Shown here: positions 12,852 to 26,979 of the stretch, piece after piece | How positions within the stretch are numbered: position 1 is the first letter of the stretch | How the letters are laid out: each line of letters opens with the position of its first letter | Assembly: GCA_043228905.1 (NCBI GenBank) | Contig: JBHGNT010000152.1 | Span: 1-64,000 of the forward strand | Length of the DNA: 64,000 nt | Reading direction: 5' to 3' | Origin: Azolla caroliniana | Taxonomy: Eukaryota; Plantae; Polypodiophyta | The notes under the pieces: generated by a model | Told to the model about the DNA's origin: nothing | The model's input: only the letters and a program-made list of their open reading frames with translations | The model's database searches: none | Program-made: the position numbers and the translations under genes

Positions 12852-13232
12852 ACGCCTACCATAAATTAATTGCTTCGTCATTGTAGAAGGGCAAAACGTC
12901 ACAAAACATGTACTTGAGCTTCGAATTAATGTCTCTAAAAGTTTGGGGTACGCCCGCGTGTTTCGACAAGAACACTAAAAAAACCTAATCTGGCTTTATG
13001 CAAGATAGCCAAGGCACGTTCAAGCAATTGAAGGAATATCATTGCTCACATCTTTGGCGAGGGTTATAATTCATAGGAGCATCCTGCGGTTACGGCTAGA
13101 GGAGGTAGAGTGAAAGATTCGTTAGGTGTGAATTATCATCGTATTCGAGGAGTTAAAGATTCGTAGGGAATCCCGGATTGAAGATGAGGCAGACTAAAAC
13201 ATGGTACAGAGAAACCTAAGAATTCGATACGA
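12852..13232 (+). CDS. rps12: Ribosomal protein S12
   Basis: ACG start; MPTINQL..CPQK..STRT(P)KKPN.AL(R)KIAK..RGGRVKD; predicted CGA-to-UGA stop. Confidence 0.9.
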
Positions 13233-13921
13233 ATAAAAAGGTCAAATCAGGGAATGGTTGCTTTTCTCGCTCATCGCCTTCAGACCGGTTTAATTTTTCG
13301 GGAAGACTTTCAGAATGACCGGCGGAAACTTTTGGAACGGAAAGCCATCCGCTTCGATCCCATTGCAAATATTTCTGCGCCCATCTAGCAGGGCTTTTGT
13401 CACCCAGACCCAAGGGAGGCCGTGAAGGAAGCACATACAGCTGCTCGGAGAGATTAAGCTACATCTGGGGAGTGGATAATAAACAAAAAAGATTAATCAA
13501 GAAATTAGTCCACTTTTGTATGATTGATGGTAAAAGAACAAAATCTCGTGTTATTGTTTCCTAAACTTCTTCTCGTCTTTCCTGAACTGAACCCGATGTT
13601 CATGTTATCACACTCCTGGCTAACGCCATAGAGAATGTCAAGCCTACTCGCGAAATCAAGAAAGTGAGAATCGCAGGGACTACTCGTAATGTACTCAAGA
13701 TTATTGCCAAAGAACGTTAAGAAACCTTAGCTTTTCGTCGGATCATGGAAGCAGCTGTCAAATGACGTACTATGAGCAGAAATAGCCAGAGCTTGGATTA
13801 ATGTTCATCTGCTGAGATACCGGATGCTTATCAAAGAAAGGGAAATGTTCGTAAAAGAAGGGATGATCTTCATAAACCGGCAGAGGCCAATAGAAGTTTC
13901 GCGCATTATAGGTGGCGGTGA
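13229..13921 (+). CDS. rps7: Ribosomal protein S7
   Basis: ACG start (tentative); [42 protein letters not shown](W)-TGA; 231 codons. Confidence 0.88.
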
Positions 13922-14199
13922 ACCATTGAAAACATGTAATGAGCTGGGGTCAAGAGCTGTTAGACACTTTAGCAGCACACACCCTACATCGCAGAATCGA
14001 GTAATTGGTAATCCATCGTTCGAATGCTTAATGATTCTAATATTGACAATGAGACCTGCCAAAAAAAAAGAAAGCGAGAATTCGATTCTGGTGTGAATTT
14101 GGTGCTACGTGAATTTAATGAAGAAAGTTCGCACTCCCTTCCCTACTGATAATTGGGGGCATCTGAGCCCGCCCCTCGGACATGGGGGCACAAAAGCAG

Positions 14200-15520
14200 C
14201 ACAAAAAGCACTATACCCTCCCTGTCTAACTTGTTAAAAAACAACGGAGTAAGTCTTTGCCGGCATTGTTAAGTCATTGGAAAAAGACACCTAACAACAA
14301 TGAAGATTCGTTTCCAGAGAGTTTATTCACCGTTGCTCCTGGAGAATACTCTGCAAACAACAAACCGTGCGTGCCCTTTCAAGGTTAATCTCAACGATGA
14401 AGCGGCTAGCTCGACTCCATCGATCCTGTGTACAATGTCTCAGATTACAGGCCTTCGCTGTGGCGGAACTTGATGACCTGGACTGCGAAGAGCCCTATAG
14501 TGACGGCGATAGCGAAGCAGAGGTTGAAGAATTTCTTTTGCCTGCTTCTAACTTTATTATCAAGAATAATGTTCTGGCGGTCAGCGTTAGATAAATCTCA
14601 TAAGAAATATATTCAAATAGGAATTTGTACGTTCAAACCGTGCGTGTGCCAATTGCTCGAAGAAGCAAAGGTTAAGCTTGAAGCCGAAGAAAAGAGAGGT
14701 AAGGAAAGATTAATGATAAGCGATGGATTGGGCCAAACAAATTCGGCGGATTTCTTGAGAAGGAAGGAATACTTGCAAAAAATGATCGAACAATTTGTTG
14801 ACGAGAGATCAATCTATAATAACTCGCTGGACCTTTTTGATTGATAAGCTGACCAACAAAAGGCAAACCAACATGCAGGATAGGTTTATTGCGCACTTCA
14901 AGAAAGATAAAGAACTAATAGACATTTTAACGTCCTTCGATGTATATACGATTGAAATACTTACGATATTTTAGAATCTTTATTGTTAGATTGTTTATTA
15001 ATAGGGATTGCCTCTTTTCCAGAGTCTAAATTATTATTATTAAAATCTTTACCGTCAGATTGTTTATCAACAGAGATTGACCCAGACTCAGATTTTCTTG
15101 AGTCTGAATTAATCGAAAAACAAAATAGCCACGGCCTTTACCATTAAACTTACATTATAACACTTTTTTTTCAATTTCAATATCTCATTTTCTAATGCTA
15201 TTGTATGACAGCAGAAAAATTGCGGTATAAATGAAAATATTATTAATACAAAGAAAACCTTGTTTTCTTCTTTGATCAAACAAACTCATATCTTTAAATA
15301 ATAAACGAATTCTAGTTTGAATAGAATCTAAAGCTACTTTTGCTTTCATTCACCAAAAGCAGCTGCTTTGGTTGCGTTGGTTGTTAACCATTTTAAGAGA
15401 GTGTATAAGGACCTACCACTCTATACGGCGGTGTACGATTGCTTCATATCAAACTACAAAGTATCTTCACTATTACCAGATCTATATAAATCAACCCTGT
15501 TCGGGTCTTTAGGTTGTCCG
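14200..15520 (+). pseudogene. Decayed plasmid-type (T7-like) RNA polymerase
   Basis: ATF.FIHQK.AALVA...LPLYTAVYDCFIS at about 15330-15450 resembles the FIHQKDA / YTVHDNF motifs of linear-plasmid RNA polymerases; 5' border uncertain. Confidence 0.5.
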
Positions 15521-15900
15521 ATGGCAACCAAAGCGTCTTTCTATTGTTCCCCGAACCATTCGAACTCTTTTACCAGATTCTTGGCAGTCCCTTTCCCAAA
15601 GAAAGTTGGGAAGTGCAGTCTCTGCAGGCAGGCAGTTAGCCCCTCGGGTCGTTCAGTCTCGAAGGTATGGTTCGGGCTTCGTTCGTTTCTTGTGACCAGA
15701 TTCATTGGTTCGAGGCTACGTACGTTGGATCGGGTTCGGGCCCTAAAATATGTGATTGGGTAATTACGATGGCTCGTATACACGTTCGAGGATCACTCTC
15801 CAGGCGACGGAGGACTGCTTAGTGATTGAAGGGAGAGAAGAAACCCATTTGATTTCTCACTAGAGGCCTAATGATTGCATAACTCTGAGGTTCCAACTGC

Positions 15901-15986
15901 TACGGATAGAGGGATTTGAACCCCCACGACTGAGTAAGGTCACCAGAACCTAAACCTGGCATGTCTACCAATTCCATCATATCCGC
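15901..15986 (-). tRNA. trnL-UAG: tRNA-Leu(UAG)
   Basis: GCGGATATGATGGAATTGGTAGACATGCCAGGTTTAGGTTCTGG...; long variable arm. Confidence 0.9.
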
Positions 15987-16113
15987 ACATCGATTCTTAT
16001 TTCGAAACCACCCTTTTTCACTGCTAACTGGATAGAGCTAAGAACGCCAATGGCTCGGATGGCGTAGCAATTAGAGGAAACTGAAACACCACCCCGTATT
16101 TTTCGATTCTCCC

Positions 16114-16145
<32 letters not shown>

Positions 16146-16291
16146 ACGCGCGACTTGCTCAATGGAGCCCGCTTACGACGATCCCTTTTAACCTCTCAGG
16201 CTCTTATAGAAGGCTTATAGAATGCCTATATGCTTTCCAAATCAAGTTAGGGTGATGGGAAAGTGGGAATGCTAACTTATGACCATACTCA

Positions 16292-16378
16292 CGGATGGAG
16301 AGGGATTCGAACCCCCGGTATCTCTCCGAATACTTCGGTTTTCAAGACCGACTCTTTAAACCGCTCAGACATCCATCC
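16292..16378 (-). tRNA. trnS-UGA: tRNA-Ser(UGA)
   Basis: GGATGGATGTCTGAGCGGTTTAAAGAGTCGGTCTTGAAAACCGA...GGTTCGAATCCCTCTCCATCCG. Confidence 0.92.
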
Positions 16379-16596
16379 CTTTCCCGACAAGATCACGAGC
16401 CATCAATAATCAACGGGAAAGCGTGCCAAGCTTTCAGGTCTTTGTAAATCGCACGCAACGCCTTCAGAAAACAAATAGGTTGTACCGCAGGGCCTCCTCT
16501 TTGGCCCCTCCGACCAGAAAGGTTAAGCGTGGTAATTGATCATTCTATTTTAGATTGATAGGAACTAAGGCGTCCTAATAACCAAGTTTACAACCA

Positions 16597-16669
16597 TGGG
16601 CAATAACGGACTCGAACCGCTGACTCCCTCGGTGTAAACGAGGCGCTCTACCAACTGAGCTAATTACCC
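16597..16669 (-). tRNA. trnV-UAC: tRNA-Val(UAC)
   Basis: GGGTAATTAGCTCAGTTGGTAGAGCGCCTCGTTTACACCGAGG...TTATTGCCCA. Confidence 0.92.
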
Positions 16670-17699
16670 GGAGTGCCGGCGATACTTCGGAGTCTCGCCG
16701 GCTCTGTTTTCTGTAGGTCACATAGAAATTTATCCATTCTTTCTACGGCCACGTCAATCCGCTTCTTTTCTTGTTGGGCCGCGCCGCAATTGTCTAGCTT
16801 CTGCTACCAACTCCCCCATCGGGCCGTCTGACTTTACCGTAGCCGATAAGTAGCGTTAATCGTCTTCATCGCGCTGATGAAGCAGCGGGTTCATCCACCA
16901 CCTTGGTTCTTCCCCGCAAGCAACTTCCGCCGTATTATCCATAGCTGTTCATCAAGAAGGCCTAGAGTTAGTTTTCCGATAAGATTCAAGCTACAATTTC
17001 AAACAGCACCTTTTCTTCATGAAGCGCAAGAAAACTGCACTGCGGAAGAAGAAGAAGCGGTAAAAAGTGTAATATAAATGGCTACCAAAGTTCTTCTTTT
17101 GAACTTTCAAGAAGGCCTGAATATTCATGGATTATTATACGATAATCTTTAATGCGGCTCAGATTGCGGAAAGAATTGAATGCTGGAATTTCGAAATTCC
17201 GTTGGTAAAATTCAGAAGGATCATGCAAGAAGGCAATATCATCTTCTGGCCATAATCTGCGAATCCAGCAAAGCAAAGCAAAGCAGCACTTTTCTTTTCA
17301 CTTTAAACCGAGCCGGCGGCAATCTTGATGAATCACTGGCAAGAAGATGCTTTGCACTTTTCTTTCCACTTTAAAGCAGCAATCTTTGAACTCGGAAATG
17401 GCACTTTTCCCTGCAAGCCTGAAACGCACGCCTTCCCCAAAAGAAAAGCGGAACCACCTAACGAGTATTTTAAACAGCAAGCATGATGAACCGGCATGTT
17501 CATCAAACCAAACAGGTTCTTCATGCATGCATGAAGGCCTTCATGATGATGAAAACCGCTTCATTGGAATGTCACCGTCTCATTGACAACACGAATGATA
17601 ACGAATTGACAATATGAATAGTCACGTTAGTTTCCCATTCTTAAGCATGGATTATTATACAATAATCTTCATTTGCTTTTTTACTGTTGACAACATGTA

Positions 17700-17773
17700 G
17701 TGCGGGGGCAGGGTTTGAACCCGCAGTCTTCAGGTCATGAGCCTGACGAGTTGGCCATTTACTCCACCCCGCA
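17700..17773 (-). tRNA. trnfM-CAU: Initiator tRNA-fMet(CAU)
   Basis: GCGGGGTGGAGTAAATGGCCAACTCGTCAGGCTCATGACCTGAAGACTGCGGGTTCAAACCCTGCCCCCGC. Confidence 0.85.
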
Positions 17774-18145
17774 AGCAAGCAAGCAATTGATCTCTCTCTA
17801 GCGAATCGGAATTTATTTTAGAAAAAAAGAAGCCAGAAAATAGATTGCCATAGCCATGGGTTCAAACCTTTCCCCGAAGCTGCCGGCCGAAATCAACCGT
17901 TGCCAGTCGTTGTGTCCAACGAAGCTACGCGTAATGACTGTCCCTACCAAAAGACAAACAAACAAAGCATTTCTATAGGAGGTAACTGGGCCAATTCCCG
18001 CAAACCACCTATAGGTTAGGTGGCGGTGATCTATCGGCTTGTTCAATTCCCGCCGTTATCCGCTCACCCGCCTAACGCTCCTACAAACAAAAGGGAGGGT
18101 CTCCTTAGTAATTACGTGAGGGGGCCTCCTTCCCCATCTCTTGAA

Positions 18146-19607
<1,462 letters not shown>

Positions 19608-20787
19608 CCGAAAAAGCAATAGAAAAAAGTTATGAATACAAGAAAGAAGAAACTAATGATAGTGGCATAATCAACAAAAAGAGAAAACCACCCTTTACTT
19701 CGGAACGACTGCCAAGGTATGCATTATGATTAAATCTCTCGAGAAACCACCAACAGGGCATCCGCATAACACATGCTAGATTGGGTTGCCTAGAAAATGA
19801 ATCTCGTATACAGTGCTGTGATTACTTTATATTGATAAAAAGTCTAGAGAACAATCTGAAATGGGAATACATAAATAATTGCCGGTCATAGAAACGGAAA
19901 CACATAAATTGTGCGAAAAGTCGCTTCGGTTGAAATTCCACCACCCACTCGGAGTTTAATTGAAAATTCCATTTCATTATTAAACTGGTTTAGAGTTGAT
20001 TGTCAAACTCTAGTCAGGAAGTCAGGTCAGAAGAAAAATACAGCGGAATTACACCGCTTATAGTTTGCACAAGCAAATCCGGACATAGTGAGATCAAATC
20101 GAAAGCATAACGGCCGGCCCGGCCCGGCCCGGCCCGGCGGAGAAGCACCATGCGCTGCTTCCGCGGACAAAAAGGCGGAAGAAGCCGGCCGAAGAAAAGA
20201 AAAGAAGCGGTTTTCATCATCATGAAGGCCTTCATGCATGCATGAAGAACCTGTTTGATGAACCGGTTGGTTCATCGGCACATAGCGCTTCCCCCGCTCG
20301 GCTTCCGGGGGGAGAGAGGATGATAGCTACCCTTTCCACCATGCTGTATTGTTATGCATGCAACAGGACAGGATCGCATTATCTGTTTGGCTGTGCAGAA
20401 TTCTGCTGCTGTTGAAATGAGCTCTTATTTGGTTTATGCTAACAAGCTGCTGCTTTGAGCAGGCAACACTTTGGATCGTATGGAATAGTGGCCACATATA
20501 CAAACATAATGCAATGTGCCTAGCTTTCGGGATCACAGCACCTATATATACAGTTGATTAAAAGGAAGGGGAAAAACCAACCACGGGCCGAAGGCCCACT
20601 TAACCACGCCAGCCCACTGTTCACTCATGGGTAACATCAGCTATATGGTATATTCTATGCGCGAAGCGATCAATCATCGTATATATGATTGATAACGTTG
20701 ACACTGGGTACACCCCATGCCTGCCATGGTACCACCTTTCTTTGATGTCACGGATGCTTTGAGTGAAGGGAAGAAACCAAAGAATCC

Positions 20788-21249
20788 ATGAGAGGTTACT
20801 GGAGAGAAAAAGCACTGAGAAAGTTGACCAGTAGTAACAAGAGGTCCGCCGGGAGGAATCCATCAGGGCGTATCACGGTTTTTTACTGAGGAGGTGGATC
20901 GAAGTGATTGTAGTGAAGAATTGATTGGAAATGAAGCGCTTCGTCTTTGGGCATTGTGGAAAGGATCGAATATGACCCAAATTGTTCCTTCCGGATTGCT
21001 TCAGTATGATGGATTGAAGGAGTGCCACGTTCTGAAAAGTGCAAAGCGCTTTCTAAAGTGAGGGCGCCGCGAAGATGGAGAACGCATAGCGTTCTCTGGG
21101 CGCGGAGAATCAAACGTAAAGCGCTGGAGAGTTTTCGGTAAAACGAAGAAGAAAAGAGAATTCTCGAACCTAAGCATAGCTTTGAGGGACGGCTGGAGGC
21201 AGATGAAAGGCCGAGAGATAAGGCGTGCAAAGTAGATCGTACACCTTTC
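20788..21249 (+). CDS. rpl2: Ribosomal protein L2, exon 1
   Basis: ATG; SAGRNPSGRITVF(HR)GGGSK..GIVERIEYDPN..WIEGV. Confidence 0.9.
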
Positions 21250-21521
21250 GTGCGACCCGTTGGTCCTAAGCAATGTCTTTCGCGAAGCGACCCATGTTGC
21301 TCTCACAGGCAACGAGAACTTTGATCAGATGCGGGTATCCAGTCCCGCCAGTGGCTGAGATGCACGGCTGACTTCCAGGCCTTGATAAAAGAATGGCCAC
21401 CTTCGAAGTTGCAAGAGCGAAAGGCCCGAGCCGTAGCAGGATGAACCAATGTGAATGAGTGTAAGCTTCGTGGCCCGAAAATCGACGGTGCTGACCACAC
21501 CGAGGGCCTGTTATCGTGGTG

Positions 21522-21558
<37 letters not shown>

Positions 21559-22024
21559 AGAGGCCAAGGCGGCGACGATCGAGAGGTTGTCACTGAGCAG
21601 CGTTCCCAGTCATACGAGAAAAGGGGTCAATTGGCAAGGCCATACGCTCGTGGAGCTTCCCGCGGAGTATAGCTCACATCCAAACATCTGATTGAGGAAC
21701 GGGGCAACGCCCATGAAGCTCCGGAAACGGAAGGCCCGCCAGGCTGTATGCCCGTGAGTGCAGCAGGATTCTTCAAAAAGAATAGGCTGACTCGAAGACT
21801 TAAGACCTTAGCCACGAATGGCTGGAGATGTGGGCAGAACGGGCGGGAATTCTAGCGTATTATTCCCGGAAGAACCCAAGGCCTCGACTGAATGCTTAGG
21901 CTCTCTGATCAGGGATTGCAGAGCCAGTGAGGATTTAAGTTCTTAGGAAGAGCCGTGTGAGGCCTATAGCTCATGCACGGTTCGGGAGCCAAGCCCCAGC
22001 AGTAATGGTGCGGCTTAGGCTAAC
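21250..22024 (+). other. Group II intron in rpl2 (rpl2i846g2 site)
   Basis: 5' GTGCGACCCG; domain V GAGCCGTGTGAGG..GCACGGTTC; ends TAAC. Confidence 0.87.
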
Positions 22025-22675
22025 ACCCATATATTAGCTAGTTATTAATTGGAAGCAGGCAGGATGGCGATGAATTATGATTGGTCTAAACCTTCAGCCT
22101 CGTTCAACACAGTGAATGAAGGCTGAAAGTGGTTAGAAGAGAAGGTCCCGTGGGGAAGCCGTTAGAGTGGTTCCTGGCTACGCCCTGGAGGAGACTACGC
22201 CGACCCTTATAGCGATAAAAAATATGTACTTGATCCGTATTTTTAAATGGTGGGAAATCGCATACCATCAGCCCATATAGCTAGGGGCGCATGGGTACAT
22301 AATACCGAATGGAAGCCAGGTTAAGGCGCAGGGTCAGCTTGAGCTGCAGGGGTCAAGGCTAAAACAATTGAGAAAGAGAATACATAATGTATTGCGCGGT
22401 CACTCTTAGGTGTTCACAAACCTATAGATTTCTGATGCTGAGCTACTATCGGTATAGTGTCTAATCTCGACCATGGCATACGTAAGCTTGGCAAAGCAGG
22501 GCAAAGCCGGTGGTTAGGCAGACGCCCCATTGTTTGAGGTGTTGTTATGAATCTGGTTGATTATTCTTACGGAGGAGGCGAAGGACGCACGAAAGGAGGT
22601 AGACTTTTGGTGTTACTTTGGGGAAAGCCCACCAAATGTGGATTTTGAGCAATAGTGAGGAAACGCAGAAATTAG
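22025..22675 (+). CDS. rpl2: rpl2 exon 2
   Basis: T(Y)[28 protein letters not shown](R)[19 protein letters not shown]; TAG stop. Confidence 0.92.
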
Positions 22676-22678
22676 TTT

Positions 22679-22939
22679 ATGGCATGATCTGTATGGAAAG
22701 GCCCTTTTGTTGATGCTTGCTTGTCGAGAAGGACGAAAAAGATCAGAGGGAGAATTTGGTCATGTAGACTTTTCATTTCGCCTAAATTTGATGGTTGCTA
22801 TGCATAAATTCATAATGGGCGATCTTTTATTCGTTTGAAGGTTACAAAAGAAAAGGTTGGTCATAAATTTGGAGAGTTTGCTTCTATATGAAAGGCCTCG
22901 AGAACAACTAAGATCAAGCCGAGATAGAAGGTACGGTAA
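22679..22939 (+). CDS. rps19: Ribosomal protein S19
   Basis: MA(R)SVWKGPFVDA..IWS..KVGHKFGEFA; stop tentative. Confidence 0.9.
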
Positions 22940-22945
22940 TAGGAT

Positions 22946-23019
22946 ACGGCATGAAAGGTAAATCTGATTTCAGTCAGACTTAATCCGAACTACCATTCAG
23001 ATTCAAGTCGGTTTAGTGA
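22946..23019 (+). CDS. rps3: Ribosomal protein S3, exon 1
   Basis: ACG start; MA(R)KVN(P)ISVRLN..SDSS(W)FSD; 74 nt. Confidence 0.9.
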
Positions 23020-24151
23020 GGGCGACCGCGAAGTCACTGAATGAATTGCCTGCCGCATGTCGGTCAGGGCATTGCAGATGTCCGCAACAAGACGGACACA
23101 ACTTATTCTAACGCTAGGGGACCACAGCCTCAGGGAACGAAGGGAGGAGACCAGAGCATGTCGTGACAGGAGCTGAGCCTAACCAATCCTTGGGCGTACT
23201 TTGACCGTGTCTCTAAAGCACAGTTGAATGTAGATACCATGAACGCGAGGTGCGGCGGAAGGGATACCAAGCCTAGCTTTTCAGGGGGAAAGGCAACACC
23301 ACGCCTTCTCTGTACATGCGCTGATCGCTGGCGCATGTACCCGGACAAAGAGGGCCCGAGCCCTTCGGGAAGCCCTGCGGCTTGGGCCTAAAGCGCACTG
23401 TGCTTCAACAAGTGAGAGTATTCGGTGGAACCGGTGAACCACGCATCTAACCTGCGGGCGGACGCGTGGGGCAGAAGGCTCATAGTACCCGCCAAAAAAC
23501 GCGCCTAAGAAAAGAAAAGAAAAGAAAAGAAGCGGATGATAAGGAAGCGCAGCTATGCAGTGGAAGGGGAGGAGCCTAAATCAACGCGCCCACAAGCAAG
23601 AAAGAACGGGTTCAGCATTGCACACTCAAGCAGTACAGAGATATCGGGTCAACTCTTAGATGAGACTGAACAGCTACGAACCGTTTTAACACCGATCGAC
23701 CTTGTGCCGCCGCGCCGGCCGGGAAGCCCGCCCGCCCTTCGGCCAGAGATTAAGTCATCATTGAAACAAGGGAAAACGACCGACGACGTGGAAGACTTCA
23801 AGTGGATAGCCCAAGCTGCCTGATCGAAGCTGTCGCGGTCATTAGCAGGCACCTGGAATCACTTCAAACTCTAGGAGATTCAGTGAGCCAAGGCCGAAGG
23901 CTTTGACTGAAGACGCGTTTTTTTCTTTTCAAGCTTCCGACCCACGTTTGACTGGGAGAGCGCACGTGGGCATTTTAGATAAAAAGCTGCTTGCTGTTTT
24001 CGAAAGGCATTCCGGCCGGCGCGGCGGTTCATGCGGCCGGCAGAGTGTCGGAACCTAACGGCCGAAGAAGCGGTTTTCATCATGCGGAAGAAGCGGTTCG
24101 AGCAGCATCGCTGCTTGATCGGCGGAGAGAAGCAAGTGCACAGCGTGGGGA

Positions 24152-24185
<34 letters not shown>

Positions 24186-24407
24186 AGAGGATCAAGCGCT
24201 TCTTGCTTGAAAGACTTGGGATCCACCACGCAACGCACGATATAGGCAACTTGGGTTGAAGAGCTGTGTGATGGGCAACCATCTTGCACGGTTCGAAGAG
24301 CACTTGATTTAGTCCGCGCTGGCTGGTGAATGGAAGCCAGCCCTTCACACGGCTGGCTTCTTTCGGCTGCTTTTCCCACAGCCAGACAGAGTAACTCTTG
24401 ACTCCAT
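23020..24407 (+). other. Group II intron rps3i74g2
   Basis: 5' GGGCGACC; domain V GAGCTGTGTGATGGGCAACCATCTTGCACGGTTC; ends CTCCAT. Confidence 0.87.
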
Positions 24408-24702
24408 TTACTGTTATGGAAAATTGTTGTATTAGGATGTAGATTTTAGATATTTTTTCCGTTCAATTTTTCCCAGGATTTTGTCCGAGGAAAAGAAAAA
24501 GAAAACTAAAGGAGGGAAAGATAAAATTGGGGGAAGAAAGAGGAAAACTAGAGGAAGAAATCGCAAAGTTGACCTTCGCCTTGGTAGGTGTATCATTCAT
24601 CATTTCCCTAAAAGGACATTCATTCATGTATTCTTCTTTCTAGTTCAATGATGCTTACTATTATTTTTTGGTTGATGATATTGTTGATGACGCTAATCGA
24701 GA
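24408..24702 (+). CDS. rps3: rps3 exon 2
   Basis: Y.YGKLLY(Q)DV..RLGRCIIHHFPKRTFIHVFF; Lys/Arg-rich insertion. Confidence 0.85.
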
Positions 24703-25628
24703 GGGCGGCCGGTCTAGTTCCTGCATGAAAAATTGCGTGCGCTCAATTATGTACTGTACAAAGGCGTTGCACTTACTCTTGCTCGGTAACGAACGCGAGG
24801 ACCAAAGCATGTGCGGCAAGGAGGTTAAAGTTCGAAGAACTTGTTTGTTGGCGGAACGAACGAAGGCCCGCCCGTATTTTGAACCAAAAAGTCTACGGGT
24901 AACTCAACAGCATAGAGCGAGCCTGCTTTCGGTATTAAGATGAGGGCAAAGCTTGGCGAATCGAAGTTCGGGGCTGGCTACCCGGCGACAGCTAACCATT
25001 GGCACTTAATTTCGGCGAATGGGGAGCGCGAACGCACGCTGCCTCGCTCTATGCCTACTGAGGGTTTTGATTAATTGGGCCGAATGATCTTCCCTCGACC
25101 CACCCATTGCACAGAAGGGAAAGGAAAGGATAGAGCAGGTTACCCATGTTACTGGGGACAAAACACTAAATGACATCCCAACACAGGGCGTTCGATCAAC
25201 AATTGGACAAGCCATGTAGGAAACAACGGCGAGATCTTATGGGAGGAAAGCCCCGGAAAGAAGTCAGAGGGCCCATACCACCTGCCTACCCTCCTAAGGC
25301 GGAACCGGCACTTGGTGAATGCCAAGTAGAAAACGGGAAGGAGCCTATGCACTTGTCACGCTCTGAGAGCCGAAGGGGAAAGGGGTAATTTCCGGGGTTC
25401 CCACTCGGCCTTTCACCCGTCAAGTTAGAGAGCCGTGTGATGGGTGACTATCCAGCCCGGTTCGGAGAGCACTTGTGTAGCCTGCACTAGTTACGAGAGG
25501 GGGATGGGACATAGGAAATGCCCATCTGCCTTTCCTGTGCTTTGCCCTCGTCAAGCCGATGAAGCGGTTCATTCATGCGGAGCCCGCATGAACCCTCTTA
25601 CTAGGCGCAAGTGGACTCTCGACTCTAT
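24703..25628 (+). other. Group II intron rps3i249g2
   Basis: 5' GGGCGGCCG in phase 0, homologous to the atp1 intron start; domain V at about 25430; ends CTCTAT. Confidence 0.82.
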
Positions 25629-26624
25629 CTCACGGACCGCAGGGCGATATGAAAAAGGAGAGAAGAGGGAGGATTACTAGGGGAAAACCGCGGCGAGAAG
25701 GCCTCCGAAAACTCTCGCCGCCCCTTGGCAACCGCACCTATTATGCCTCTGGTCGTGCAACACTTTCTTCGTATGAAGAACTAAATTCATTCTGACCCCA
25801 CTACGGTTAACATAACTGATGACAATCTTTTGCTTCTCTCTCCCTCTCTGTTATCCTTTTCCTATAGTAGGGATGCCGCCCGACGCTCTGAGAAAATGAG
25901 GAATGCTCGGGGTAGGTTTGCAGAGAGGAAACTGTGTCTGTATATAGGGAATGCCTTACGTGAGAAAGCAAGAAATCTGTGCTGTCGGTACCACTATAAT
26001 AAGGATGCCTGACGTGAATGTACGAAACCCAGAGAGAAGGATCCGTGCAATAGTCACTCTTCTTCAGGAGGAGATGCCCGCTGACGCTCGCACATAGTGA
26101 ACGCCTGATTCAGAGGAACTAAGAAAGTATGCAGTCATCGTTGCCGGAAGAAGATTAAACCTTGGTGGCCTGAAATGTAACTTTTTTCATCTAGTGAAAC
26201 AAGCACTAATATCCCGATTAAGCCAGTAAGAGCTGATTTTTTCCATTAAAGTGCTTTTCCAATAGCTTAGGAGATACCTTGGGGACCAGAAAAAAAGAAA
26301 TCATTTGTATAAATTTGTACATCCATATTCTAATAGATTGAAAACTGCGAATGTGTGAAGGGAATCTGTATTTGTCGTCCAGGTTGATCGAATGGTGCAG
26401 AAATAGCTCAAACTGAATGTATGAAATATGGTTCAATATCCTTACATGTATCTTCTGATTATATTGATTACGCAAGAGCAGAAATATTCACTCGTTATGG
26501 GATCCCGGGCGTCAAGGTGTGGATTCTGTATTCCAAACATGTTTCAAAGAACAAGAAGGGACTCAATTCGGATGCTATATCTAAAACGTACAAAGTTTTG
26601 GAAATGTTAAAAGGGCAAATGTAA
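25629..26624 (+). CDS. rps3: rps3 exon 3
   Basis: LVVQHF..KN(Q)IH(F)DP..CVKGI(R)IC(C)PG(R)..[21 protein letters not shown](L)GVKVWI; overlaps rpl16. Confidence 0.85.
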
Positions 26625-26979
26625 AGGTTGCAGAACGGACGGTACATGACTTAGTTTCGGAAAATATGGCATTAAAAGCTGTTCAGCGGGTCGTATTCTA
26701 TATTAAACCATTGAAGCAGCGCGTCGCGCTACAAGCAGACATTTCTAGAGAAATGGTCGAATATGGGTAAGAATCTTCGCAGATATTCCCATTACCCGTA
26801 AGCCCACAGAAGTGAGAATGGGAAAGGGAAAGGGAAACCCTTCAGGTTGGATGGCTCGTGTGGTGACGGGATAGATCTTATCCGAAACGGATGGTGTGAG
26901 TTTGTTAAATGTTTGAGAAGCTGCAACATTAGCAGCGCATAGACCACGTGTGTCAACCAAGTTTGTTCAATGGTCGTAA
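26572..26979 (+). CDS. rpl16: Ribosomal protein L16
   Basis: ATG; MLY(P)[41 protein letters not shown]. Confidence 0.93.

Larger units (their letters stand above)
5734..17387. repeat. Large inverted repeat, copy A (11,654 bp)
   Basis: Position i mirrors 48955-i; ORF-track entries are duplicated identically on the opposite strand; borders read by eye. Confidence 0.95.

Noticed and set aside
21266-21691. ORF-track proteins with LACLLACL or ASKQASKQ repeats, here and elsewhere
   Set aside because: Translations of (GCAA)n microsatellites within introns and spacers
24733-24741. GTGCG at 24737 as the start of the second rps3 intron
   Set aside because: Wrong phase; GGGCGGCCG at 24703 is in phase 0 and homologous to the atp1 intron start
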